Shown here piece after piece: positions 37,777 through 48,399 of a stretch of 64,000 bases of DNA. The notes below the pieces were generated by a model. It made no database searches, was not told the origin of the DNA, and was given only the letters and a program-made list of their open reading frames with translations. Within the stretch, counting starts at the first letter, position 1; each line of letters begins with the position of its first letter. Position numbers and translations under genes: made by a program. This DNA comes from an uncultured archaeon (GTDB lineage: Archaea > Thermoplasmatota > Penumbrarchaeia > JASLWR01): contig CAYSHM010000005.1 in NCBI GenBank assembly GCA_964430885.1, forward strand, positions 32,001 to 96,000. Direction: 5' to 3'.

Positions 37777-37920
37777 TTTTTCACCTTTTTCTTATCACAT
37801 TGGTTTCATCGGACTGGTTGTCCTCTCCCTATTTTTTAAAAAATTCTTGCTTTGTATCTAATTATCCAAATATACTCCAATTTTCATATTTCCTTAATTG
37901 ATTAATGTTGATCATCAAAT

Positions 37921-38217
37921 CTATGATTCCTCTTCAGTTTCGGTGGATGAGATATCCTCATCTTCTGACATCTTTTCATTGCTTGTCGCGCTTTCCTCAA
38001 GCATCTTGATCATATCCGGCATAAACATCATATTTTTAAATTTATTATTTACTGGCTTGAAACCCGTTGTCTCAATATCAAGAAGCTCGTCATCTACAAT
38101 ATCTTCCCCCTCCTCTTCGGGCCATTCCTCGGTTTCCTCTTCCACTTCCTCCTCCTCTTCTCTTCCCTTTTCCAGGGAATGATCTTCCATTGCTTTCCAT
38201 TGGAATGTTATCACCAA
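37921..38217 (-). pseudogene. Chimeric junction remnant: 5' end of the flaC/D/E region fused to the 3' end of the 466-aa gene
   Basis: The first residues match the out-of-frame ORF over the flaCDE start (36800..36994). The remainder is identical to the C-terminus of 39144..40544. Confidence 0.8.
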
Positions 38218-38284
38218 CTATATCACGATGCTACCGCACTTATTTTCTTGAAATCAAGTATTATAATTCCTGAGCGTAAAAATA

Positions 38285-38318
38285 TAATAGGAAGCAAATA
38301 GAAAATTGCTTCCTATTA
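38285..38318 (-). terminator. 13-bp perfect stem-loop downstream of flaB (copy 1)
   Basis: Duplicate of the 37062-37095 hairpin. Confidence 0.7.
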
Positions 38319-38327
38319 AAAACATAT

Positions 38328-38999
38328 TTAATACAAATCTACCCAGCCGCCATTTGCCGGAAATGCAGAGGGTATATTGAATCCTCTGCTCGTGGGGGTC
38401 ATCCCAGTTCCGATCATGAACTTGATGGACCCGTCGGATGAGGTGTCCAGACCACTACCGGTGAGGGCAGTTATATTACCGCCTGCACTGGCCTTGTTCA
38501 GATCGATATCGATGTATACCAATGAATCCCCATCCAGTACTGCATCGTTCTGGAATGACTGATGCGGATCCACTGTTGCATTCGTCGTGAAAGCCTCTAG
38601 ATTGAAAGTTGCCCGGTTTCCATTCAAGTGATGTAAACAATCAGCAACTCCGGCCTCTGCTCCTGTGGGTTCCTTATCTTCCCAGCTAATATGGCACATC
38701 AATTCATTCTGGAGATCAATTGCTTCCGTTCCAGAATAGAGAGCAATATAGAATCTGAGTATCTGAAGCTCTCCAGCAGGCCCGTTTACAAGTCCCTGCA
38801 TTGTCTGTACTTTAATACCTCCGGAAACATCTTCTGTTACCTCCGAACCTGTCTTGTTCGCTCTATCCTGTAAGCTGCCTGAAGTATTTATCAACACAGC
38901 AGCAGCTATTGCAGCCACGAGCACCATGGCTATGAACACAATAAGTGTTCCAATACCCACGGCTCCATTTTCCTTCTTTCTGAAGTTTTTTCTATTCAT
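38328..38999 (-). CDS. flaB: Archaellin FlaB/ArlB (copy 1)
   Basis: Same 223-aa sequence as 37105..37776. Confidence 0.95.
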   Translation of the reverse strand: MNRKNFRKKENGAVGIGTLIVFIAMVLVAAIAAAVLINTSGSLQDRANKTGSEVTEDVSGGIKVQTMQGLVNGPAGELQILRFYIALYSGTEAIDLQNELMCHISWEDKEPTGAEAGVADCLHHLNGNRATFNLEAFTTNATVDPHQSFQNDAVLDGDSLVYIDIDLNKASAGGNITALTGSGLDTSSDGSIKFMIGTGMTPTSRGFNIPSAFPANGGWVDLY

Positions 39000-39143
39000 T
39001 TTTTCACCTTTTTCTTATCACATTGGTTTCATCGGACTGGTTGTCCTCTCCCTATTTTTTAAAAAATTCTTGCTTTGTATCTAATTATCCAAATATACTC
39101 CAATTTTCATATTTCCTTAATTGATTAATGTTGATCATCAAAT

Positions 39144-40544
39144 CTATGATTCCTCTTCAGTTTCGGTGGATGAGATATCCTCATCTTCTGACATCTTTTC
39201 ATTGCTTGTCGCGCTTTCCTCAAGCATCTTGATCATATCCGGCATAAACATCATATTTTTAAATTTATTATTTACTGGCTTGAAACCCGTTGTCTCAATA
39301 TCAAGAAGCTCGTCATCTACAATATCTTCCCCCTCCTCTTCGGGCCATTCCTCGGTTTCCTCTTCCACTTCCTCCTCCTCTTCTTCCTCTTCCACTTCCT
39401 CCTCCTCTTCTTCCTCTTCCACTTCCTCCTCCTCTTCTTCCTCTTCAGGCCAATCCTCAACTTCCTCCTCCACTTCTTCCTCATCTTCCTCCCATTCATC
39501 CTGGACTATTTCTGGTTCTGCCCAAACATCCTCTTCAACACTTTCTTCATTCCAATCCGGTTCCAATTCATAATCCTCAGGCATTGAATAGGACCAGGTA
39601 TAGGGGAAATCATCTTCATATGTAGCTGTGTATCTTGACACCCTGCCTTTTTTACGGCCCGGGGTAAGATCGAAGATGACAACTTCGGATCCGTAGGCTT
39701 CAATCTCATCAATAACTTTGGATTCCTCGTCCGACTTTAAACCTTTGGGTACAAATGGATAAACATCAATATCAATCAAGGGGGCTTCCTTCAAATTTTT
39801 CACCATAACTTTGTATGTAGCGATACCGTCCTTGCATTCAAGTATGGTTTTGAGTATAATATCCTTACCCTCAATGAGAGCACCTGGGACACCTATGTTC
39901 CAGTTCTTAACAACAGGCATCAGAGTAAATCGGATTTCCTTAGCCTGCATACTGAAAACCTCGCCGATTGGCTGCTCACGTATAGGTGCAAACATTTCCG
40001 TATTGACTGCAGGCTGCAATATCAATTCGCCCAAGCTGTCCGGTGAATGGTTCTCAATTTTAATCTTGTAGATGATCTTACCCTGCTCGATACCCACGGC
40101 CGATTTGATGGTAATATCCTTGTTTAGCAGAGGAAAAGGTTTGAATGTTGCTCTGCGAAGAACCTTCCTGGCGCGGTCCATAAGGGAAAGGGCTCTATTG
40201 TAATCCAGTGATAGTATCGCCTTTTTAACGTCAACAAGTATTCTCTCCGCTTCGTCAGTATCATACCTAAGCTTCTTTACGTAATATATATAGTCCTCAA
40301 GAGACTTGAAATCGGATAGTACTCTCCTATGGAATTCACGGGCCTTCTCAGCCCAATTTAGTGACTGCTGCGCCACCCGCTGGGCCTTGAAGTATTTACC
40401 CAATCTAAGAAGTTCTTTGGCCACCGCCAGCTTTTCCGTGGCAGTTTCCACAGAAGCTGCACCGCCGGTAATCCTTTCACCTGATTCCTGAGCCCTTCTG
40501 ATACTCAACCTGACCACTTCAATACCCCCTCTGCATGTTATCAC
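39144..40544 (-). CDS. Hypothetical cytoplasmic protein: helical N-terminus, two related Ig-like domains, Glu-rich tail
   Basis: Internal duplication KDITIKS..YKIKIEN...KEIRFTLMP / KDIILKT..YKVMVKN...EVVIFDLTP. No signal peptide. Probable GTG start at 40517. Confidence 0.75.
   Translation of the reverse strand: MITCRGGIEVVRLSIRRAQESGERITGGAASVETATEKLAVAKELLRLGKYFKAQRVAQQSLNWAEKAREFHRRVLSDFKSLEDYIYYVKKLRYDTDEAERILVDVKKAILSLDYNRALSLMDRARKVLRRATFKPFPLLNKDITIKSAVGIEQGKIIYKIKIENHSPDSLGELILQPAVNTEMFAPIREQPIGEVFSMQAKEIRFTLMPVVKNWNIGVPGALIEGKDIILKTILECKDGIATYKVMVKNLKEAPLIDIDVYPFVPKGLKSDEESKVIDEIEAYGSEVVIFDLTPGRKKGRVSRYTATYEDDFPYTWSYSMPEDYELEPDWNEESVEEDVWAEPEIVQDEWEEDEEEVEEEVEDWPEEEEEEEEVEEEEEEEEVEEEEEEEEVEEETEEWPEEEGEDIVDDELLDIETTGFKPVNNKFKNMMFMPDMIKMLEESATSNEKMSEDEDISSTETEEES
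39361..39441 (-). repeat. 3 x 27-bp in-frame tandem repeat encoding poly-Glu/Val units
   Basis: TCTTCCACTTCCTCCTCCTCTTCTTCC at 39361, 39388 and 39415. Contains the duplication breakpoint. Confidence 0.88.
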
Positions 40545-43500
40545 CTTCGCTTCCAGGAATCCCTTTAAGATCTATTTCATTCAATGAATCCTCTCTTATT
40601 TCATCAATTATTCTCTCCACATCAGATATGTGTTTGTAAACCGAAAGGTCCACCTTTATCAGGAAGTAAACGCCGGCCAATGATAAACCCGCATATAACA
40701 ATCCAAGCAAACAATACATGAAAGTTATGGATGACAATGAATAAAGTGTTATGAGAATGAAAAATATCGGTGCCTGTATTAAACCAGCCACTCCTGCGAG
40801 TATGTATGGTTTTAATTTTGATTCCTTGGAGAATATACCCTCTTTTTTCTCGGCATCTCCCTCTTTCTTTCTGAAAAATTCAAATCTGGCTTTATCTCTC
40901 TGTTTCTTGTTCTCGATTATCTGTTCAATATATGATTTTGAGGTGAGGGAAACAAATAGGGCCACAACAGTAAAAATCAATATAATAAAAGTCCAGATTA
41001 TCACCTTTCCAACCGTAGTAGCGGTATTGCCCGACAATCCAAAATCATACCAGGGTAACGCAAACAAGGATGCACCTATTATTCCTGAGAACAGACCAAA
41101 CAATATGTACAGGTTTCGGTTATCTTTAAGAATTCCAAATAGATATATCGCACCACCTATGCACAGAACAAGCAGTAATGCACTTATTACAGGATGGATG
41201 GAATCATCCTCAACCCAGATTGTGCTGGAAATTTCGTTGTTCTGTTCTGCTACATTTGAACCTAAACTGGAAGTTTCATAGATACTATTTCCGGTATCTA
41301 CTTTCAGTTCAATATTATATTCGGCAGCTTTCTCGTCCCAATCCAATTTCGGCAGGCTCCAGGTGAAATGCAGGGACCTTGAGGAGGAGGTTGTCTGCCG
41401 ATCCAGCTTGAAACCTCCTTCTATCTTCTGGGTGTCTATGAGCTTTCCGTTGATATAAAGTCCAACCTCCACGTCATCGGTAGGAACGGTTCCGTCAACC
41501 GATAGGGTGACGGTCATCTTCAGGGTTCCGCCTTCCTTGAAATTCTCCTTGTTGAACTCTATATTCCCTGCAAAGGTCAGATCGATATGAGCTACAAAGG
41601 TAGTTGTCTGCACAGTCTCCCTCAAGGAAGAACGGCTGACAGATTGACCTTGAACGTCAATCTCGATTTCTTTACCTATTTCATTTGGCGATGAAGAAGC
41701 CTGGATCATCAATGAGAAGTTATGGGCAATATAGTTGCCGTTTATCATTATATCCATTGAATCTGTGAGATTACTTCCGATCCTTGAAAGATTATAAGTC
41801 CAGCCCCGTTTCACCAGAGCATTATCTTTGAAAAGGGTTATCAGGAATGTATCGGAAGTTTGGGAAACGCCATCCGCGTCGGGAATGTTCATGATCTCAA
41901 ATTGATAGTTCAACTGCTGAATATTATCTCCAGTACTGATATTGATATTTTTCTCGGGTTCCTGGTCGATAAGATCCATAAAGGTAATGGTTGTGGTGAA
42001 GGTTATAGAATTCCCTTCAGTCTCCAGATCATCGGACATCGGAATCAGCATATTGATGTATTCCTCGTCCATATATGGTGATAAGGATATCTGAGGCGTT
42101 ACCTTCAAAGAAATGTTCCGTTCCATTCCCGGAGCCAAAGGTACGCTGTAAACCGACAGGACGGAATATCCCGAATGCGGCGAAGTCTCCTGATTGGTGA
42201 AAGTAATATTATCCGGACCATTACCTCTGTTTTTGACCATGACCACATAATCTATTGTCCTACCGGGTAAAACATCCTCGCGGGTCTTGACTGCGCTGAT
42301 CCTCGGTTTGAAGAATTGATTGACCTCTACCTGAACGGTTTTACTATCTGATATATTTCTATCGTATTCAGATGTTGCGGTGAACTTGATGTTGGAAAGT
42401 GTCCCCATCAAAATCTCCTTGTTCTGTAGATCCTCAAGGTCATCATTGCCGCCTAGGCTCGGTATGTAAACCAGCATCTGAACACTGGTCTGGTTAAAGG
42501 AGGGAAGAGTTACCTGACTTTTACTAAGCTCAACCGTCCAATTAATTGTACTTGCATTGGCAGATAGATTGAAGGTATCCTCCCCGTTACCCGTATTCTC
42601 TACTGTGAAAAGAAAAGTGATAACATCACCAGGATCCCCAGACTGATAATCCGGGGAGAGCAGATTTACGAGCACATCTGCAGTCTGACTTACGTTTGTG
42701 GTCATGTTGGCAGTGTCATTCTTGGATGGATCACCATTGGATATCCCGTTAAGCTGGTAGAAGAAAGGATCATCCACGGAAGCTAGTTCCCCTGCAATTA
42801 CAGTAACGATCAAGTAAGTTGATTCGCCTTTATCCAACTGGATACTCTGTCTTGATAGGGATACGCTCCAGCCCTCTTTTGGAGGAGAATTATGTACGAA
42901 ATTTATCTTATCCTCCCCATTTCCAATATTCTTCACCGTAATATTGTAATCCACTGTGCCCAAAGGCTTGACAATTCCCGTACTGTTCTCAGGGGTCAAT
43001 TCCACACCATACCCCTGGATCACCGTAGTAGTTGCATTATCGAAATCATATGCCTTGATGTTGAATGTAGATGTTGCATACAATGTCAAATTGTCGATGG
43101 AACCTATGTCAGTACCCTGGAAAGGCGCCATAAGCATATCATAAGCGGGAATGGTAATCTGAACTTCTATTGTTGCATTCTCCCCCGGGGTCAGATTATC
43201 TGTGAACTTATTCCCCATAACAACTGTTCTCCAATTATGCTGGGAAGCAACTGACAGATTGAACATATCCAATCCGTTGCCGGTATTTGTAATGGTAAAA
43301 TTGTAGGAAAGAGTATCCTTGGGAGCTCCTTCCTGATTAGCAGGGTCCAAAGTAGTAACCTGAACAGACGCTTTCTGGGTAACATAGACATAAACCTCTA
43401 TATAGTCTGAAAGAACAGCCCCTGGATTCATCCCCTCGCCTCTAGGATCGGCTCTGACACGTACATAACCGCTTCCGTTATAGGGATTCACAGGAACATA

Positions 43501-45366
43501 TACTCCAAGTTGAATGTCGTCATCAACTTCTCCGCCTCCAACCGTTGTATTTGAAGTATCCAGTGAAGCATTCCATCGCTCAACATCCATTATCGAGCCA
43601 TCCCAGCCATTATAGAAAGTATAATATTCTATGCTGAGATCGATGGTGTCCTCATTTATCAAACCGCCTTCCCTGCCGTTGTTGACATTCCGAACTGACA
43701 ATGTGAAGAATTTTTCCTGTTTATCTTCCAAAGGATTTACGACGACCCAGGTCCTGTTGGCTGAAATACTAGCTCCTGCAACGAAATTCACTGTGGTTTT
43801 TACTGTGGCCGAATCTGAAAACCCGTTAATTGCTTCTGCGGTCAAGGTCAGATCCGAAGTTGCACCTGCAAAGGTGTGGTCCGTTTCTCTATCCTGATAG
43901 TTCAATTCGGGAATCAAAACCGTGACTGTCACATCCTCAAATGCCTCAGGGAGCAAATAAGAAGTGGAATGTGGCGCTGACTCACCCATCACATAGGATT
44001 CCCAACCGTATAATGTTGAGGTTCTGTAATTAAAGGCACCTCCGATATTACCCTCATTTTTAATTCTGAAATTGTAATTTATTGAATCCCCTGGATTACC
44101 ACTGGCAGGGGAGCTTAGAAGAGTGACATTCACCTCATGGATCTCATAGGTATAGACCCGGGATGAATTATCTCTTCTCAGAGTGCCATTAGCTTGGGAG
44201 GTTGCATTGATTCTGGTACGATCAACTTGATCATACCCTGTTCCTGCCGGAACCCTAATATCTACAAATATCCTCTCATAGGAACCTGGCTGGACAATTC
44301 CGGTAGTACCCTGGGTTGGATTTTCGGAAGGGGGATCTATCCAGTTGTGACCTGAAGTTATGGTATATGTGTAGCTGTCGGGCATTGTACCGTTATTTAC
44401 AATCCTGAACTCAATGGTTACCGGATCACCCCCTGGATCGGCATACTGGTCCCGAGGCTCCACAGTTATGTGAAAATCTCTAACCGATACGGGAATTATA
44501 GCGAAACCGATGGAACTTAGATTGTTGCCTTGGACCTGGTCTCCCTGAAGATTGGTGGAAACATTCACGATAAAACTGCCTGTTGCAGATGGAGTCCAGG
44601 AAAATGAATGGAGGTAACTTACCCCTGGATTTTGAACATCCAAAGCAGATATGACATCAGTATCGCTGTAAATAACAGCCATTGTAGTTGAATTCAATAT
44701 CTCCAGATCAATATTGAAACCTTGGGTAATTATCTGGTTACCAGTGTTGTTGACCCATGCCTCAATATCCATTGAAGATTGTTCATATGATGCTCCCTGA
44801 ATGGGACTCCTTGTCTGGCAGCTTACATCAGTATAGTTTATTATTGTTACATTTATTGTGGCAAAATTATTGGATTGATCAGTATCGTTATTCCAATATG
44901 TTATATTTCTTGCAGAGATGGATATCTCATAATCCCCTTCGTTTGTAGGGAGCCAAAGCAATGAACGCATAACGATAGCCCCTGGAGAGAGAAGGACGGT
45001 TGTGTTGCCAGAAGTATTATTCTCATAAAACCCTGTGCCTCTGTTCCGGACAGTGAAATTCAAGGAAACATTATCCTGATGGGATACATTGTAGTTCACG
45101 ATATTTACATTAATGGTCTGACTGCTGTTGGAATATAATCCTGCTTCCATATGTGTGGTAATGTTCCATATGGCAGTATCGTTGCCAGGATCCCCGAAAT
45201 ATCGCATGGGTTCAGTGAGGATTTCAATGCCATCATTGAACAATGACTCTGAACCATTGGAGAACAGCAATAAAAGGATTGGGGCGATTATCAATAATGA
45301 TCTCATTCTTTTCCCATTGCTAAACATTGCTGCACGTGCCATTAAGAACTCCCCGGGATATCCCAT
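40519..45366 (-). CDS. Giant cell-surface glycoprotein with CARDB and COG1470/NEW3-like Ig repeats and a multi-TM C-terminal anchor
   Basis: Signal peptide, repeated V.N.GNG.D.F.L modules, many N-x-S/T sequons, CARDB-like ends (DTDQSNN, EQNNE), about 5 C-terminal TM helices. Confidence 0.83.
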   Translation of the reverse strand: MGYPGEFLMARAAMFSNGKRMRSLLIIAPILLLLFSNGSESLFNDGIEILTEPMRYFGDPGNDTAIWNITTHMEAGLYSNSSQTINVNIVNYNVSHQDNVSLNFTVRNRGTGFYENNTSGNTTVLLSPGAIVMRSLLWLPTNEGDYEISISARNITYWNNDTDQSNNFATINVTIINYTDVSCQTRSPIQGASYEQSSMDIEAWVNNTGNQIITQGFNIDLEILNSTTMAVIYSDTDVISALDVQNPGVSYLHSFSWTPSATGSFIVNVSTNLQGDQVQGNNLSSIGFAIIPVSVRDFHITVEPRDQYADPGGDPVTIEFRIVNNGTMPDSYTYTITSGHNWIDPPSENPTQGTTGIVQPGSYERIFVDIRVPAGTGYDQVDRTRINATSQANGTLRRDNSSRVYTYEIHEVNVTLLSSPASGNPGDSINYNFRIKNEGNIGGAFNYRTSTLYGWESYVMGESAPHSTSYLLPEAFEDVTVTVLIPELNYQDRETDHTFAGATSDLTLTAEAINGFSDSATVKTTVNFVAGASISANRTWVVVNPLEDKQEKFFTLSVRNVNNGREGGLINEDTIDLSIEYYTFYNGWDGSIMDVERWNASLDTSNTTVGGGEVDDDIQLGVYVPVNPYNGSGYVRVRADPRGEGMNPGAVLSDYIEVYVYVTQKASVQVTTLDPANQEGAPKDTLSYNFTITNTGNGLDMFNLSVASQHNWRTVVMGNKFTDNLTPGENATIEVQITIPAYDMLMAPFQGTDIGSIDNLTLYATSTFNIKAYDFDNATTTVIQGYGVELTPENSTGIVKPLGTVDYNITVKNIGNGEDKINFVHNSPPKEGWSVSLSRQSIQLDKGESTYLIVTVIAGELASVDDPFFYQLNGISNGDPSKNDTANMTTNVSQTADVLVNLLSPDYQSGDPGDVITFLFTVENTGNGEDTFNLSANASTINWTVELSKSQVTLPSFNQTSVQMLVYIPSLGGNDDLEDLQNKEILMGTLSNIKFTATSEYDRNISDSKTVQVEVNQFFKPRISAVKTREDVLPGRTIDYVVMVKNRGNGPDNITFTNQETSPHSGYSVLSVYSVPLAPGMERNISLKVTPQISLSPYMDEEYINMLIPMSDDLETEGNSITFTTTITFMDLIDQEPEKNINISTGDNIQQLNYQFEIMNIPDADGVSQTSDTFLITLFKDNALVKRGWTYNLSRIGSNLTDSMDIMINGNYIAHNFSLMIQASSSPNEIGKEIEIDVQGQSVSRSSLRETVQTTTFVAHIDLTFAGNIEFNKENFKEGGTLKMTVTLSVDGTVPTDDVEVGLYINGKLIDTQKIEGGFKLDRQTTSSSRSLHFTWSLPKLDWDEKAAEYNIELKVDTGNSIYETSSLGSNVAEQNNEISSTIWVEDDSIHPVISALLLVLCIGGAIYLFGILKDNRNLYILFGLFSGIIGASLFALPWYDFGLSGNTATTVGKVIIWTFIILIFTVVALFVSLTSKSYIEQIIENKKQRDKARFEFFRKKEGDAEKKEGIFSKESKLKPYILAGVAGLIQAPIFFILITLYSLSSITFMYCLLGLLYAGLSLAGVYFLIKVDLSVYKHISDVERIIDEIREDSLNEIDLKGIPGSEGDNMQRGY

Positions 45367-45583
45367 TACTGAATGAATTTGGCATCTGATCGATAATAGA
45401 AGGCGAATAATACCATTAACTAAGCATTATTATTCAGTTTTACTATTAATCCAGACATCCATAATACTTGATGTATTCATGTAATGATATAAAAAATTTG
45501 TTCACTTCTGAACACATGCAAATAAATCGCCTTTGTGACCCCTGATTTTCAGAACAATGATGGGAACCATGGAAAAAGAACAA

Positions 45584-46114
45584 CTACCTGCAATTAGGAC
45601 ATAACCATAGTCCCTCGTATTCCTCGAGATCGTAGGTGAAAGTCCTGCAGTCGTCGCATTTGCCTGATTTTCCTTCTTCGGTATCAAGGTCATCGGAATC
45701 ATCTCCACCATCTCGGTTTATCTGCATCAAAAGGGGAGCCTCACGGAATATATCCCTATCACATACAATACCCAAAAGGTTTCCGTTATCAACTACCGGC
45801 ATTCTCCTATACCTCATCTCGGACATTTTTTCAACTGCTTCCCTTACTGATTCATAGGGTCTCATAGTAGTCAATGGAAATGCCATTACCTCATCCACAG
45901 TGATCTCGGCTGATTTGGAATTGGTCGCCACCACCTTCTTCAAAATATCCCTTTCAGTCAAAATGCCAAGCAATTTATCCCCTTCGGTCACTATCAAGGA
46001 CCCGATTTTTTCTTTGGCCATCAGTTTTGCTGCATCATGTATCGTTGCACTCACTTCTATTGTCTTGACATCCTTAATCATGATCTCCTTTAACGGCATC
46101 GCCTTTCCTACCAT
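45584..46114 (-). CDS. CBS-pair protein with C-terminal zinc ribbon
   Basis: Two CBS domains (AAKLMAKEKIGSLIV..LGILTERDI; AVEKM..YRRMPVV..LGIV). Ends GKCDDC...LCPNCR. Confidence 0.88.
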   Translation of the reverse strand: MVGKAMPLKEIMIKDVKTIEVSATIHDAAKLMAKEKIGSLIVTEGDKLLGILTERDILKKVVATNSKSAEITVDEVMAFPLTTMRPYESVREAVEKMSEMRYRRMPVVDNGNLLGIVCDRDIFREAPLLMQINRDGGDDSDDLDTEEGKSGKCDDCRTFTYDLEEYEGLWLCPNCR

Positions 46115-46271
46115 GATCGAACCCTCCTATTAATCTGGAACTAACACGTTAATTCTAATTATTCTAATTATCAGAACCCATTATTAACACTTTCCTCTAA
46201 TTATTACTCCCAATGTCGATAATATTATTTGACCCTTACAATTAAAATTCTTAGTCGCGGATCGGATAAAA

Positions 46272-48284
46272 TTAAAAAGTATGTCTGATCTTGACCCCTT
46301 GCCCTCTTGTTCTAATAACCATGGAAGAACCATTAACCAGAGCTCTACCCAAACCCCTCATCTCCTCTCCATTGTATACCGCAACTTCATCCCCTTTTCT
46401 GATATTCTCATCCGCTCCTGTTATCCCAACACAGAAAATTGTCCCTTTGGGCGTGAAATCATGGATCCTTACAGAATAATCATCAATATTTACCAATCTA
46501 TCCCTGGAACCCTTTCCAAGTGAAAAAAATCCTCTTTTTGAAACAAAGCGGGCTATCTGTTCCCCAGTATTCTTATCATTTATTCTATAAACTGGCCATC
46601 GTCCTGAAAACCGGGAATTGTCGAGGAGCGCGCGGGCAATGGATTTATTGAATTGAAAAGTCAATATTCCCCAGGCATCATGAGAAAGATATGTTCTTTT
46701 ATCAGGATTTTCGCTAATAAATGATGATATTTTTCCGGGATGAACCTCCGATCTTAGATTATCGGTGATTCCATTAAGGCAATCCTTCAAATGCCTTAAA
46801 GAAAAATCGGACCGGGGGTGGCCATCACCAGTTATTATATGAGGTGATTTGAATTTCTCCGATAATAATTCTTCAACAAGAAAGTTCTCATTGCCCAGAT
46901 ATGATATCACTTCAGAATAATTGCCTTTTCCAATAAGGTTTGACAGGAGTTCCAGCACCCTGTTCTTTTCCAGATGGCTCCAATCACCAGTTACGGTAAT
47001 ATCATAGTTCCTTGCAGGATGGGTATGCTCCAATTCTCTAGGTACGATACCGAGAGGAGAAGTAACGATAACTGGATGGATTAAGTTTCTGAATTTCGAA
47101 CTAAGAATGACGTTATTGATACTTTTATGTGTTTTGGAAAGTGAATATGGTTTTCTGTTCGAACAGGGTAATAATAGAAGAATGGGTCTGGACAGTGGAT
47201 CGTAAGTGGACTTGATCCTTTGAATGTATGCTGTAATATCAGGATGATCCAGCATACCCGAAGAACTGACAAGTAATGGATTATCTGAAGTGCGAGGGGA
47301 ATTGGACTCAAATTCTTTCTGAAATTCTTCCCTGACAATCCTTAGAACCGCAGATGATGAAACACTCCGAACAGATCCCCTATGAGCCTGAATATAGATA
47401 CGATCATTTTCAATCGCCTTTTTGCATTCACAAAGTGCACCTTTGAATCTCAATACATTATGATAATAAATAGCCTTGGAAAGACTCAAAGCTGTTTTTT
47501 TAATATCATTTATATCTGAGCGGCTACTAGTTATCGAGTTTGTAGCGGTTTCATTAGTCTCCAGCAATTTCCAGGTTCCTCTTCTTAATGCATCACGGAT
47601 AAAAATGCACCCTTGGCACTCACAATGAATGAATTTGGATGTATCCATATCCTTGATGAGGTATTTCCCCTCATGACCCCAATAGATGAATTTGGATGAA
47701 TCCATTATAGCTTTGGATGTATCGAAGAGGTCAAAACCGATATAGCATAAAAGAGAGAGATTGAAAGCATCGCCTATTCCAGGAGCATAGTATAGATATT
47801 CATCGGAATTTGTATTTCTCAAATGGTATAATATATTCAACAATTTTTGGGGTTTATAGTAGACCTCCTTCAGACCATGATATGCTATAATATCTGAAGT
47901 GACATCGTCATTTTCGATATCAGTCCGGAAAATCCGCAGTTTATCAATATAATGAACTGCCATCTGTTCAAATCCCTCTAAAACTTCGTCCCGATTTGTG
48001 TTGCTCAATATGATCGGCTTATCCGGTTTCTCATTTAATTGCCGGAAAAAATCAGACCCTTTTACAGATTGCCGATTATAATGATCCAAAATATTCACAT
48101 TCAATAACGGTAAACTGCCCCAGAAAGAATTCTCAAAGGGTAAACTGCCCCCGCCAATGATCGACATATCACCTTCCAGATAAGGCATATAGACTGCAGC
48201 AGGAGTAGTGAATCCACTATTGCCATTTGATAATATTTTCTTAATGGAAGCAAGTCCTTCATTCTTTATGACTTCGATTTGCAT
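46272..48284 (-). CDS. arcS: Archaeosine synthase ArcS (TGT-like, core and PUA domains)
   Basis: LLLLPCSNRKPYSLSKTH, IVTSPLGIVPRELE..HPARNYDITVTGDWS, and C-terminal PUA (GITGADENIRKGDEV). Confidence 0.85.
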   Translation of the reverse strand: MQIEVIKNEGLASIKKILSNGNSGFTTPAAVYMPYLEGDMSIIGGGSLPFENSFWGSLPLLNVNILDHYNRQSVKGSDFFRQLNEKPDKPIILSNTNRDEVLEGFEQMAVHYIDKLRIFRTDIENDDVTSDIIAYHGLKEVYYKPQKLLNILYHLRNTNSDEYLYYAPGIGDAFNLSLLCYIGFDLFDTSKAIMDSSKFIYWGHEGKYLIKDMDTSKFIHCECQGCIFIRDALRRGTWKLLETNETATNSITSSRSDINDIKKTALSLSKAIYYHNVLRFKGALCECKKAIENDRIYIQAHRGSVRSVSSSAVLRIVREEFQKEFESNSPRTSDNPLLVSSSGMLDHPDITAYIQRIKSTYDPLSRPILLLLPCSNRKPYSLSKTHKSINNVILSSKFRNLIHPVIVTSPLGIVPRELEHTHPARNYDITVTGDWSHLEKNRVLELLSNLIGKGNYSEVISYLGNENFLVEELLSEKFKSPHIITGDGHPRSDFSLRHLKDCLNGITDNLRSEVHPGKISSFISENPDKRTYLSHDAWGILTFQFNKSIARALLDNSRFSGRWPVYRINDKNTGEQIARFVSKRGFFSLGKGSRDRLVNIDDYSVRIHDFTPKGTIFCVGITGADENIRKGDEVAVYNGEEMRGLGRALVNGSSMVIRTRGQGVKIRHTF

Positions 48285-48399
48285 TTCTCAATCCTTCATA
48301 TATGATTTTTCAATTTTTTCCTAATGGTGCATATTTGCGGGTAATAAAACAGAAGGACCCGCCAATAAATGTTTGAATAGTATGTAAAGTATGTAAATA

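Larger units (their letters stand above)
36927..39384. repeat. Direct tandem duplication with a 1223-bp unit containing flaB
   Basis: 36927-38161 matches 38150-39384 wherever compared by eye. The ORF track shows identical proteins offset by exactly 1223 bp. 12-bp junction microhomology TCCTCCTCTTCT. Confidence 0.95.

Noticed and set aside
37921-38217. 98-aa ORF between the flaB copies as a novel archaellum gene
   Set aside because: Fully explained as the duplication junction chimera.
36927-39384. Duplication as a transposon or IS-mediated event
   Set aside because: No transposase, terminal inverted repeats or target-site duplication pattern. Microhomology explains the junction.
46272-48284. 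Low GC and divergent N-terminus of arcS suggesting a foreign gene or pseudogene
   Set aside because: The frame is intact with conserved ArcS core and PUA motifs, and ArcS N-terminal TGT-like domains are normally degenerate.
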